This document shows, one piece after another, positions 9,050 through 18,380 of a DNA stretch of 48,469 nt. Position 1 is the stretch's first letter. Each line of letters opens with the position of its first letter. Under the pieces are notes generated by a model. It saw nothing but the letters and a program-made list of their open reading frames with translations. It did not search any database and was not told the DNA's origin. The stretch spans positions 1 through 48,469 of the IMG/VR virus record IMGVR_UViG_3300021400_000123. The stretch is one strand, 5' to 3'. A program made the translations under genes and the position numbers. Source of the stretch: a virus.

Positions 9050-10528
9050 ATGGCTAAAAAACATGGAGTATTTATCACCGAGGAGGCTACAGCCGTAACC
9101 GTGCCTCAGGAATCCTCTGCAGGAGTCCAGGTAGTAATCGGAACGGCTCCCATCAACCAGGTGGAAGACCCTTCGAAGGTGGTAAATGTACCAATTCTCG
9201 CAAACTCCGCAGCTGAGGCAATGGCTGCACTGGGATACTCGGATGACTTCGAGAAATACACCCTCTGCCAGTCGATGTATGCGACAGGCAACCTCTACCA
9301 GGTTAGCCCGGTCGTTTATATCAATGTCCTCGACCCGGACACTCACAAGCAGGCTCTCACAGAGGCAACGGTGACAGTCACCGATCTTCAGGCTACCGTA
9401 AAGACAGAGGGAATCCTGAAGAAGAACCTCGTGGTCAAAGTACCTGCATCCACACAGGGCGGAGATCCCACTACCCTCACAGTAGACACGGACTACACCC
9501 TCGAATTTGACAATGACGGATACCTTGTGATCACTCTTCTCTCTTCAGGAGCAGGAGCAACAGCTACAAGCCTCATCGTATCCGGCTACAAGTTGGATCC
9601 TACCGCAGTAACCGCAAACGACATCATCGGTGCAGTGAACGCTTCGACAGGAGCAGAGACAGGTATGGAAGTAATCCGTCAGGTATATCCGAAACTCGGA
9701 ATCGTACCCGGAATCCTTCTCGCACCCGGATGGAGCCAGATCGCTACAGTCGGCATCGCACTGCAGGCGAAGGCGGTCAACATCAACGGAGTATTCAAGG
9801 CGGTAGCCTTCCTCGACATTCCTACCGACTCCACAAACGGAGCAAGGAAGTATACGGATGTCAAGACCGTGAAGGAAAGCTGCGGCTTCACTTCGGAGTA
9901 CGCATACGACCTCTGGCCTTGCGTAAAGGTCGGTGACAAGGTTCTCGCATTCTCCGCAGTAGCGGCAGCCAGAACAGCATACACCGATGCAGTCAATGAG
10001 GATGTGCCTTCGAATTCACCTTCGAACAAGCCTCTCGCCATCACTGGCACCTGCCTCGCAGACGGAACAGAGGTAACCCTCGACCAGGATCAGGGCACCA
10101 CAGTCAACAGCTACGGTGTGGCAACAGCCATCAACATCAACGGCTTCAGACTCTGGGGCAACTACACAGGAGCATATCCGGCAAGCGGAGACGCAAAGGA
10201 CATCTGGATCAATGTCCGCCGTATGTTCAACTGGCAGGGTAACACCTTCATCCTGACCTACTTCGACAAGGTAGACGATCCGATGAACTTCGTACTCATC
10301 GAGAACATCGTGGACAGCGAGAACATCCGCTGCGCAGCTTACGCACCTACTCACTGGGCAGGAGCAAGCATCGAATACCTCGAAGCAGACAATCCGATCA
10401 CGGATATCCTGGCAGGCAAGATGACCTTCAGACAGCACATCGCTCCGTATACACCTGCAGAGACCATCAACAATATCCTGAACTACGATACTTCGATGCT
10501 TCAGGCAGCTTTAACAGGAGGTGAATAA
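9050..10528 (+). CDS. Contractile tail sheath protein.
   Basis: 492 aa with a GGAGG RBS. Its N terminus (MAKKHGVFITEE...APINQV) and its position upstream of the tube gene are typical of sheath proteins. Confidence 0.88.
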   Translation: MAKKHGVFITEEATAVTVPQESSAGVQVVIGTAPINQVEDPSKVVNVPILANSAAEAMAALGYSDDFEKYTLCQSMYATGNLYQVSPVVYINVLDPDTHKQALTEATVTVTDLQATVKTEGILKKNLVVKVPASTQGGDPTTLTVDTDYTLEFDNDGYLVITLLSSGAGATATSLIVSGYKLDPTAVTANDIIGAVNASTGAETGMEVIRQVYPKLGIVPGILLAPGWSQIATVGIALQAKAVNINGVFKAVAFLDIPTDSTNGARKYTDVKTVKESCGFTSEYAYDLWPCVKVGDKVLAFSAVAAARTAYTDAVNEDVPSNSPSNKPLAITGTCLADGTEVTLDQDQGTTVNSYGVATAININGFRLWGNYTGAYPASGDAKDIWINVRRMFNWQGNTFILTYFDKVDDPMNFVLIENIVDSENIRCAAYAPTHWAGASIEYLEADNPITDILAGKMTFRQHIAPYTPAETINNILNYDTSMLQAALTGGE

Positions 10529-10530
10529 AG

Positions 10531-11058
10531 ATGAGCAACATCGGAAACATGGTACCCGAAGTCATTAACGCTTACAATGTCTATCTTTCAGGCAAAGTCC
10601 TGGGCGTTTCTGGCGAGGTGGAGCTTCCTGAATTGGAGGCTATGACAGAGACCATCGAAGCGGCAGGAGTCCTCGGAGAGATCGAGACTCCGGCAACAGG
10701 ACACTATGGCAGCACAAAGATCAAGATCCCGTTCGCAATCCTTCATGAGGATGTGGTATCTCTCATGGATACTACAAAGGCTCTGGAACTCACTCTTCGT
10801 GGTTCTGAGCAGTTCATGGACAGGAAGACAGGGAACACCGAAGACATCCCGGTCAAGATCGTGGTAAGAGGCAAGGCTACAACCAACACCCTCGGCACTT
10901 TTGCAAAGGGCAAGAAGGGAGAACCTGAGATCGAGATCGAGTGCTTCTACATCAAGATCGTGATCAACGGCGATGACAAGTTCGAACTGGATAAGTTGAA
11001 CTTCAAGTGCATCGTCAACGGCAAGGATCTGATGGCGAAAATTCGCAAGAATATCTGA
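10531..11058 (+). CDS. Tail tube protein, P2 FII-like.
   Basis: 175 aa directly after the sheath gene. N terminus ...VINAYNVYL... is typical of myoviral tube proteins. Confidence 0.82.
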   Translation: MSNIGNMVPEVINAYNVYLSGKVLGVSGEVELPELEAMTETIEAAGVLGEIETPATGHYGSTKIKIPFAILHEDVVSLMDTTKALELTLRGSEQFMDRKTGNTEDIPVKIVVRGKATTNTLGTFAKGKKGEPEIEIECFYIKIVINGDDKFELDKLNFKCIVNGKDLMAKIRKNI

Positions 11059-11073
11059 TAGGAGGAATCACGC

Positions 11074-11433
11074 ATGGCTGAAAAGATTACCAATATCGAA
11101 GAAGCGCAGGTAACTGCAAAGAAGGAAGAGACGGTGGGGGATGAATCCCTCATCGTCAAACTTTCCAAGACTTACAACTTTGAAGGAGAGCAGATCTCCG
11201 AGATCGACTTCTCCGGCTTGGAAGATGTGACCGCAAAGACGATGATCAAGGCGAACAAGGTACTCACGGCATCCGGCGATGTCCAGATCATGCCGGAGAG
11301 CAGCCTTCACTACGCTCTCATCATTGCGGCAGAATGCACCAAGTACCCTATCGAGTTTTATGAGACACTCCGTCCGAAGGACGCAACCAAGATCAAGAAC
11401 ACGGTGACTGGTTTTTTCTACGGCGAAGAATAA
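11074..11433 (+). CDS. Tail assembly chaperone (G/E-like), the zero-frame product.
   Basis: 119 aa between the tube and tape-measure genes, with a slippery heptamer near its 3' end. Confidence 0.78.
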   Translation: MAEKITNIEEAQVTAKKEETVGDESLIVKLSKTYNFEGEQISEIDFSGLEDVTAKTMIKANKVLTASGDVQIMPESSLHYALIIAAECTKYPIEFYETLRPKDATKIKNTVTGFFYGEE

Positions 11434-11588
11434 GGCTCGAAGACGCAAGAGACCTACGGAAACTATGTCTCGCACTTTCCATCAATCTGAATTCAGACTG
11501 GGACAAATTCGAGAGGCTTTCAATTTTTGAGCTGATCGATCTGTGCGATGACCTCAAAGATCTACAGAAGGAGATGAAGACGAAATGA
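11074..11588 (+). CDS. Tail assembly chaperone, the -1 frameshift-extended product (GT/E+E'-like).
   Basis: After a -1 slip at 11412-11418, the -1 frame stays open for 56 codons (LRRRIRLEDARDL...SDWDKFERLSIFELIDLCDDLKDLQKEMKTK). It stops at 11586-11588, overlapping the tape-measure ATG at 11585. Confidence 0.7.
11412..11418 (+). promoter_or_regulatory. Programmed -1 ribosomal frameshift slippery heptamer, T_TTT_TTC.
   Basis: The zero-frame codons are ggT TTT TTC, which fits the X_XXY_YYZ pattern in the correct phase. Confidence 0.7.
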
Positions 11589-14500
11589 GCGAATACGATA
11601 TAGCGATTAAGATAGCCGGACAGCTTGAAGGCTCTTTTAAGAATGCCATCAAAGGTGCTCAGTCTGGTCTCACAGGTCTCGGTCTTTCAGGAAAAGTCGG
11701 AACTATGGCACTAAAGGGCATCGGAGTAGCAGCCAAAGCAACTGCGGCAGCATTAGCAGCCACAGGAACTGCGGCTGTTGCTCTCGGTGGCTATGCCGTA
11801 AGCGTAGGAAAAGACTTCGAAGCGCAGATGTCCACGGTTCAATCCATTTCAGGAGCGACCGGGGAAGAATTCGAAGCATTAAAAGCCAAGGCGAAGGAAA
11901 TGGGATCCACGACATCCTTCTCCGCAACCGAGGCAGGACAGGCCATGGAATACATGGCAATGGCAGGATGGAAGTCCGAAGACATGATAAGCGGTATCGG
12001 CGGAATCATGAACCTGGCGGCGGCTTCAGGAGAAGACCTCGCTCTGACTTCGGACATCGTAACGGACGCACTAACCGCATTCGGACTGTCGGCTAAGGAC
12101 TCCGGGCATTTTGCGGATGTACTGGCGGCAGCTTCAAGTAACGCAAACACGAATGTCGCAATGCTCGGCGAATCCTTCCAGTACGCAGCACCAGTAGCAG
12201 GCGCACTCGGAATATCCGCAGAAGATACATCAGTCGCTCTCGGACTTATGGCGAACGCAGGAATCAAAGCGTCAAATGCCGGAACTGCACTCAGGACAGG
12301 ACTAACAAACCTCGCAAAACCGACAAAGCAGATGCAGACCTACATGGATAGGTACAACATCGCAATGGTGAAGAACGAAGACGGATCCATAAATCTGCGA
12401 GATACCATGATAGACCTGAGAGCCAAGATGAGCGGACTGTCGGAATCAGAACAGGCAGCTGCAGCGGCGGCAATATTCGGAAAGAACTCAATGGCAGGAT
12501 GGCTCGCAATCGTCAACTCTTCGGAGCAAGACTTCGAGAAGCTGACAGGAGCGATAGATGACTGCAATGGCAAGGCCGCAGAGATGGCGGCGATTAAATT
12601 AGATAATTTGGAGGGAGATATCACCCTCTTAAAAAGTGCGGCGGAAGGCTTCGGCATTTCACTGTACGAAAATATGCAAGGACCCCTGAGGGAATGGGTA
12701 ACCTTCGGAAAAGACCAGATAGGCATCCTTCAGGAGGCTCTCGACAGCGGAGGCTTCGAAGGACTGGCATCAGCCATCGGCGAAGTCTTATCAAACGGAG
12801 TGGTCAAGATCGGAGACGCTGCGCCTGATTTCATAAACGGAGCGGCAGATGTGGTCGAAGCACTCATAGACGGAATAGACGGCAAGTCCCCGGAACTCGG
12901 AGCGGCGATGGCAAGGCTCGGAACAGCACTGCTCAATGCGGCAATCCGCCTCATTCCTCGGATGATCGTCACAGGCGGAAAGCTGATGGTCGAATTCGCA
13001 AAGGGAATGGTGGACAACCTCCCGGCTCTGAAAGAATCAGCGATAGAGGCGGTGACCTACTTCTGGAATGCAATCAAGGAAGGCTTCGGAGATTTCAAAG
13101 ATTTTCTGGGAGACGATGAGGTCGAACCTTTCAAGAAGGTACTCGCACTCCTTCCGGCAATAGTCGGAGGCTTCGCAATCTTTGACGGAATCGGTGGAGC
13201 GATCAAGGGATTTGTAACATCGTTCAAGACGGCAGGCAAGGCAGTACCTGGAGCGGCAAAAGGAATAGCCGGAGCAGGCAGTCAAATGTCCGCAGTAGCA
13301 AAGAACATCCTCGGAGTGGGGGCAGGCTTCGCACTGGCAGCGGCAGGAATCTGGCTTCTTGTAGATGCAGCCACAAGGATATCCCAGGCAGGACCCGGAG
13401 CGGTAGTCGCACTTATAGCCATGACAGGCGGAATCATCGCCCTGATGGCTATAGCATCGAAACTCGGACCCGAACTGCAGGCAAGTCAGCAAGGACTGAT
13501 CGCATTCGGAGCGGCAATGCTGATGACGGCGGCAGCGATGGCAATAATGTCCTTCGCAGCGATCCAACTGGCAAATGCAGGACCCCTCGCATTCGCAAGC
13601 CTCGCTCTGATGATCGGAGGCATGGCAGGAATGATGGCGATAGCCGGAGCATTCGGAACGCAACTGGCAACAGCGGCACCCGGACTACTGGCATTCGGAG
13701 CGGCGATACTTCTCGCAGCGGCAGGAATGGCGGTCATGACCTACTGTGCAATCACGCTCTCTCAGGCAGGAACAGGAGCAATCGCAATGTTCGCAGGACT
13801 GGCAATCGGCCTGATCGCCTTCATGGCGGTAGCGGCACTCCTCGGCCCGATGCTGATATCAGGCGGAGCAGGAATGCTCCTTCTTGGAGCAGGACTCCTC
13901 ATAGCAGCCGCAGGGATGGCTCTGCTTGCCAACACGGCAATCCAACTCTCGACCGCAGGAGCACCTGCAATCATTACGATGGCGGCACTCGCAGTCGGTA
14001 TCCTGGCATTCGGAGCGGCAGCCGGAGCATTGGCACCATTGCTCATGGCAGGCGGCGCAGCACTGGCAGTATTCGGAGCAGGGCTTCTGGTAGTCAGCAC
14101 GGCGGCGGTAGTGGCAGGAGCGGCACTCCTTATCATATCCGCATCACTGCCTACGCTTTCACAGTATGGAGCGTCAGGAGCGGTGGCAATCCTCGAACTC
14201 GGAGCGGCAATGACCGTCTTCGCAGGAGGAGCGACACTCGCAGGAGCAGGAGCAGGAGCAGCGGCTCTCGGTTTCGGAGCATTGGCACTGGCGGCAGCCG
14301 GAGCAGATCTGGCATTCGCTCCGCTTGCGCTTGAAATGACAGCGGTAGCAGCGGCGGTAGCCATCATAGGAACATCCGCATCAGCGGCGGCAACAGGAAT
14401 CACCACCATGAAGAACAGTTCTGACGGAATGGTGACATCCATGGCGAAACTCGCCCTGGCATTCGCACCAGTAACACTGGCGATAGTTCCATACGCAGCC

Positions 14501-15577
14501 GGAGTGGTCGCAGGAACGGCAGCAACGGTAGCACTGGCAGCTTCAATCGGAGCGACCACAGTAGTCCTCGCAGCGATGGCGGTAGCACTTCTGGCAGTGG
14601 TGGCAGCCTTAACAGGAATCAACCTGGCAATCTCCACCTTCAGGACACAGGCGATGGTTCTCGGAGCATCGACCACAATAGCCACTATGGCATTTATGAG
14701 GTTCGGAACTGCGGTAACACCTATGTCCGCAGCACTCATCAGAATAGTAGCACCGATGACATCCGCAGGAGCGGCATCAACCGTACTGGCGGCAAGCATG
14801 ACCAGAAGCGTAGGATCCGCAAGACAGATGGCGGCGGCTTTTGTAGCACTCGCAGTCGCATCGGCAGCAGGCGTGGCGGCTTTCCGGGCATTCCAAAGCG
14901 GAGAGAGTCAGAGCATGACTCAGGCTCAAACCGATACCCAGACGAAGACGGCGGCAATCGTGAGCATCGTGCGGATGGGCGGAACACAGATCATAATGAT
15001 CGCCACAATGACGGCAAGCGGAATCAGGGCGGCATTCAGCATCGACCTCACATCAAGTGGACAGAACATGATGCAGGGTCTCATCAACGGAATGAACAGC
15101 ATGGCTGCACAGGTTCAGGCAACTGCAACACGAATCGCTCAACAAGCAGCGCAGGCCGTGAACAACGCTCTGCAGATACACTCGCCTTCACAGCTTATGG
15201 TCGAATCTGGACAGTACACGGGCGAAGGACTGGTAGTCGGAATGCAGAACCGCACATCAGACATTCAGACTGCAGCGCAGGCAATGACGCAGCCGATCCA
15301 GGAGCAGAGCAACCAGATGAGAGATATGACCGCTCCGCAGGTCGATATGCGAAGCGGAGTGATCGGAGAGACCATCGACAACTTATCAGGAGGAACGACC
15401 AACAACAATACGACAAACCAGACATCGAGTCCGACCTTCAACTTCAGTCCGACTTATGTGATAGAAGGCAATGCAGATCAGGAGACGCTCCAAGAGGCAA
15501 ACAAGATGAGTCAGGCGGACTTCGAGAAGATGATGAACGAGTGGCAGCGCAAGAATCAGCGTGTCAGCTTCGCATAA
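11585..15577 (+). CDS. Tail tape measure protein.
   Basis: 1330 aa. The N-terminal core (...EAGQAMEYMAMAGWK...NLAAASGEDLA...) is typical of tape measures. It has a central Ala/Gly-rich hydrophobic repeat block and an IHSPS motif near the C terminus. Confidence 0.93.
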   Translation: MSEYDIAIKIAGQLEGSFKNAIKGAQSGLTGLGLSGKVGTMALKGIGVAAKATAAALAATGTAAVALGGYAVSVGKDFEAQMSTVQSISGATGEEFEALKAKAKEMGSTTSFSATEAGQAMEYMAMAGWKSEDMISGIGGIMNLAAASGEDLALTSDIVTDALTAFGLSAKDSGHFADVLAAASSNANTNVAMLGESFQYAAPVAGALGISAEDTSVALGLMANAGIKASNAGTALRTGLTNLAKPTKQMQTYMDRYNIAMVKNEDGSINLRDTMIDLRAKMSGLSESEQAAAAAAIFGKNSMAGWLAIVNSSEQDFEKLTGAIDDCNGKAAEMAAIKLDNLEGDITLLKSAAEGFGISLYENMQGPLREWVTFGKDQIGILQEALDSGGFEGLASAIGEVLSNGVVKIGDAAPDFINGAADVVEALIDGIDGKSPELGAAMARLGTALLNAAIRLIPRMIVTGGKLMVEFAKGMVDNLPALKESAIEAVTYFWNAIKEGFGDFKDFLGDDEVEPFKKVLALLPAIVGGFAIFDGIGGAIKGFVTSFKTAGKAVPGAAKGIAGAGSQMSAVAKNILGVGAGFALAAAGIWLLVDAATRISQAGPGAVVALIAMTGGIIALMAIASKLGPELQASQQGLIAFGAAMLMTAAAMAIMSFAAIQLANAGPLAFASLALMIGGMAGMMAIAGAFGTQLATAAPGLLAFGAAILLAAAGMAVMTYCAITLSQAGTGAIAMFAGLAIGLIAFMAVAALLGPMLISGGAGMLLLGAGLLIAAAGMALLANTAIQLSTAGAPAIITMAALAVGILAFGAAAGALAPLLMAGGAALAVFGAGLLVVSTAAVVAGAALLIISASLPTLSQYGASGAVAILELGAAMTVFAGGATLAGAGAGAAALGFGALALAAAGADLAFAPLALEMTAVAAAVAIIGTSASAAATGITTMKNSSDGMVTSMAKLALAFAPVTLAIVPYAAGVVAGTAATVALAASIGATTVVLAAMAVALLAVVAALTGINLAISTFRTQAMVLGASTTIATMAFMRFGTAVTPMSAALIRIVAPMTSAGAASTVLAASMTRSVGSARQMAAAFVALAVASAAGVAAFRAFQSGESQSMTQAQTDTQTKTAAIVSIVRMGGTQIIMIATMTASGIRAAFSIDLTSSGQNMMQGLINGMNSMAAQVQATATRIAQQAAQAVNNALQIHSPSQLMVESGQYTGEGLVVGMQNRTSDIQTAAQAMTQPIQEQSNQMRDMTAPQVDMRSGVIGETIDNLSGGTTNNNTTNQTSSPTFNFSPTYVIEGNADQETLQEANKMSQADFEKMMNEWQRKNQRVSFA
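13307..14254 (+). repeat. Five tandem repeats of about 63 aa (189 nt) of hydrophobic Ala/Gly-rich sequence inside the tape measure.
   Basis: The units begin LGVGAGFALAAAG / GLIAFGAAMLMTAAA / GLLAFGAAILLAAAG / GMLLLGAGLLIAAAG / ALAVFGAGLLVVSTA. Each contains a Q-(L/A)-x-x-AG-x-x-A core. Confidence 0.75.
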
Positions 15578-15589
15578 AGGAGGCAGAGC

Positions 15590-15850
15590 ATGGCAAGGAC
15601 ATACACCACAATCCAGGGCGATACCTGGGATCTGATCGCCTACAAAGTGTACGGCGAAGAGAAATATATGCGATACCTCATCGAAGCGAACTGGGAGCAG
15701 ATAGATGTCCTCAAATTTTCGTCAGGCACGGTGCTCACTGTGCCTGACCTTCCTGAAGAGGCAGACGAAGATGCTCCATTCTGGAGACAGGATGCGAACG
15801 GAGAGGATAGCGCAACCTACTCACAGACTACGGAGGTAGACGATGAGTGA
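15590..15850 (+). CDS. LysM-like tail protein, P2 gpX-like.
   Basis: 86 aa. YTTIQGDTWDLIAYKVYG...GTVLTVPD matches the tail-X/LysM pattern. The gene follows the tape measure. Confidence 0.78.
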   Translation: MARTYTTIQGDTWDLIAYKVYGEEKYMRYLIEANWEQIDVLKFSSGTVLTVPDLPEEADEDAPFWRQDANGEDSATYSQTTEVDDE

Positions 15851-17138
15851 CAACCCAAGGAAAGCCGAGGCAGCCTTCAAGTTTAACGGCAAGAATGTCA
15901 CGAAGACTCTGAAGAACTACCTCGAATCAGTAAAATACACCGATGTGGCATCCGGGAGCAGTGACCAGTTAGACATTCAACTTCAGAACATCAATGCGAA
16001 CTGGCTCGGCAAGTGGTACCCGACCAAGGGAGACAAAGTGGTCGGTTCGTTCATTTTCCACAACTGGAAGAAGGACGGCAAAGACATCTCCCTGCCGCTC
16101 GGAAAATTCACGATGGATGATATCCGCTTTTCAGGCGGACCCATGACGGCACAGTTCGGATGCGTAGCGGTGCCGAATGATGAATCATTCAGAGTAAGAG
16201 AGAGAACCAAGACATGGAAGGGAATAACCATTCAGGGCATCGCCCAGGAGATAGCGAGCCGATACGGTCTATCCCTGAAGTATTCTGCACCGACAATCTC
16301 CATCAACGAACTGGAGCAGTCGGACAAAACGGATTGCGCCTTCTTATTCGACCTCTGTGACAAGTACGGAATCTCGATGAAGGTCTACGCAGGACAGATA
16401 GCAATCTATGATCAGGGAGCGATGGAGAGAAAGAAGTCGATAGCAACCCTGAAAAGAACCTCGTTCGTGGATGATCACTGGGATTTCACGGACACTCTCG
16501 CAGGGATCTACACCGGAGCAAGGATATCCTACAAGTCCGGCAAGGACAGTGAGGAAATCAGCATATACCTCGGCTTTCAGGCAGAGGACGCACCGGGAAG
16601 TCGTGTGCTTCGGATCAGCGAGACAGCGGACAGCGTGGAGGATGCCTACTACAAGGCAGCGGCCAAGGTCAACAAGTCCAATCAGGGCGCAACCACGATA
16701 TCGGCTGACATCTTCCCGAACCCGAAGATCTGCGCAGGAGTGACCGTGAAGGTCACAGGGATGGGTAAAGCGAACGGTAAATATTTTGTGGATAAGTCCA
16801 CGATCACAGTCGGGGAATCAGCCACAAAGCAGAGCATAGAGATGCACAAATGCCAGAGAAGGCTCGTGAACACGGCGGTACCGACACCACCTGCAGCGTC
16901 ACCTTCAGCACCTGCAGCGAAGTCATACAAGGAGGGAGATATCGTCCAATTCAATGGCGGAACTCACTATGTATCAAGCTACGCAGGAGCAAAAGGGTAC
17001 AATGCAAAGCCGGGACCGGCAAAGATTACGCATGATCCTACCTGCAAGGGCAACGGCGGAGCGCATCCATGGCATCTGGTACATACAGACAAGACATCCA
17101 ATGTCTACGGATGGGTAGACGAAGGAACATTCTCATAG
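15843..17138 (+). CDS. Baseplate hub/late-control gpD-like tail protein with a C-terminal SH3-like extension.
   Basis: 431 aa, positioned after gpX as in P2/Mu/PBSX tails. Confidence 0.75.
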   Translation: MSDNPRKAEAAFKFNGKNVTKTLKNYLESVKYTDVASGSSDQLDIQLQNINANWLGKWYPTKGDKVVGSFIFHNWKKDGKDISLPLGKFTMDDIRFSGGPMTAQFGCVAVPNDESFRVRERTKTWKGITIQGIAQEIASRYGLSLKYSAPTISINELEQSDKTDCAFLFDLCDKYGISMKVYAGQIAIYDQGAMERKKSIATLKRTSFVDDHWDFTDTLAGIYTGARISYKSGKDSEEISIYLGFQAEDAPGSRVLRISETADSVEDAYYKAAAKVNKSNQGATTISADIFPNPKICAGVTVKVTGMGKANGKYFVDKSTITVGESATKQSIEMHKCQRRLVNTAVPTPPAASPSAPAAKSYKEGDIVQFNGGTHYVSSYAGAKGYNAKPGPAKITHDPTCKGNGGAHPWHLVHTDKTSNVYGWVDEGTFS

Positions 17139-17151
17139 GAGGAACGAAAGC

Positions 17152-17625
17152 ATGGCAGAAAGACTGATAAGAATCGGCAGAGTGTCCTCCGTGAATGCGG
17201 CAAAGGGAATGGTCAGCGTGACATACCCAGACCTCGACAACTCCACTACCGGGGAGTTCCCGGTCTTCTCATTCACGGACGAATACAAGATGCCGAGTGT
17301 AGGGCAGGAGGTCCTCGTCCTGCATTTATCGAACGGACAATCCGCAGGCATCGTCCTGGGCAGATACTGGAACGGCTCGAACACTCCGCCTGTTAGTTCA
17401 GGCTTCAGGAAGGAAATGGGTGACAACTTCGGGCAGGCTTATATGGAATATAACGGCTCGGCATTAACCATTCACGCATCGAAGATCATACTCGATGGAG
17501 AAGTCGAGACGGACGGCTCGATCACGGTACCTGCGAAGGACGATGTGAAGGTGGGAGCAATCACCCTGAAGAACCATAAGCATACCGACAGCGTGGGTGG
17601 AAAGACCACCAAATCAGAAGCATAG
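17152..17625 (+). CDS. Baseplate spike/assembly protein V-like.
   Basis: 157 aa. IRIGRVSSVNAAKGMVSVTYPD...GQEVLVLHLSNG matches the OB-fold N terminus of gpV/Mu gp45 proteins. Confidence 0.75.
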   Translation: MAERLIRIGRVSSVNAAKGMVSVTYPDLDNSTTGEFPVFSFTDEYKMPSVGQEVLVLHLSNGQSAGIVLGRYWNGSNTPPVSSGFRKEMGDNFGQAYMEYNGSALTIHASKIILDGEVETDGSITVPAKDDVKVGAITLKNHKHTDSVGGKTTKSEA

Positions 17626-17637
17626 GAGGTATGACAC

Positions 17638-18033
17638 ATGGCAACATTAGCAAAATGGGGAGATATAACCTTCAGAGTCAACTCGGAGCAGGTCTTCTCC
17701 TTCAGGAATATGAAACGATCCTACTCGGCGAGATGGGCGGCACACAACATACCGGGGAAAAGACCGAAGATGGAGTTCCAGGGACCCGGCATGGATGAGA
17801 TCAGCATCGAGGTCATACTGGACGCAGAACTCGGAGTGAAGCCAAGGTCAGCGATGAAGAAATTCAGATCCGCAGCGAAGAAGGGTAAAGTCCATTACTT
17901 CTATGTGGGAGGAAAGAAGGTAGTCGCTCGGAAACTTTACATCTCCGCAGGAACGGAGAACTGGAACGAGATATGGAACGGCGGCGAACTGGTGAGAGCC
18001 ACAGCCACCCTGACATTTAACGAATACAGATAG
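17638..18033 (+). CDS. Tail protein, P2 gpU-like.
   Basis: 131 aa. The pattern W..H...GKRPKMEFQGPGMDEISIEVIL...TLTFNEY resembles gpU-family proteins. Confidence 0.6.
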   Translation: MATLAKWGDITFRVNSEQVFSFRNMKRSYSARWAAHNIPGKRPKMEFQGPGMDEISIEVILDAELGVKPRSAMKKFRSAAKKGKVHYFYVGGKKVVARKLYISAGTENWNEIWNGGELVRATATLTFNEYR

Positions 18034-18044
18034 GAGGTAAGGCG

Positions 18045-18380
18045 ATGGGTTTCACGAACTACATACAGACCGTCAATATGGACGGAATGTCAGACTTTGA
18101 AAGAATCGACCAGAACCTCCGCACTCTGATCGTTACACTGGAACAGACGCTACCGGGAAGTCGAGGCTTCGGACTTTCGATAGAAATCACCGACCTCATG
18201 CCGGAGCAGGCCAGAAACGACTTCGCAGCGGCTCTGGATGAAAAGGTGGAAGAGTTCATACCAGAGATAAGGATCGCAGACATCGAGATGGATGTGGGAG
18301 CGGACGGATCGATAACGATGCAGATCTATGTCGAGGAAAATGACGAATACGAGGAAGGAGATGAGGAAGAAGATGATTAA
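18045..18380 (+). CDS. Baseplate wedge protein, gpW/gp25-like.
   Basis: 111 aa. ...IDQNLRTLIVTLEQTLPGSRGFGLSI... is typical of the GPW/gp25 family. The gene lies upstream of the J-like gene. Confidence 0.78.
   Translation: MGFTNYIQTVNMDGMSDFERIDQNLRTLIVTLEQTLPGSRGFGLSIEITDLMPEQARNDFAAALDEKVEEFIPEIRIADIEMDVGADGSITMQIYVEENDEYEEGDEEEDD

Noticed and set aside
13762-14799. 345-aa minus-strand ORF, along with other long antisense ORFs: 28509-29450 (+), 44793-45689 (-), 47313-47942 (-), 37821-38576 (-), 32402-33034 (-) and 8259-8939 (-).
   Set aside because: Each lies entirely antisense to a well-supported gene with recognisable domains. Each lacks an RBS and has low-complexity or Cys/Leu/Arg-rich junk-like composition. 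They are mirror frames of Ala/Gly-rich or purine-rich coding sequence.
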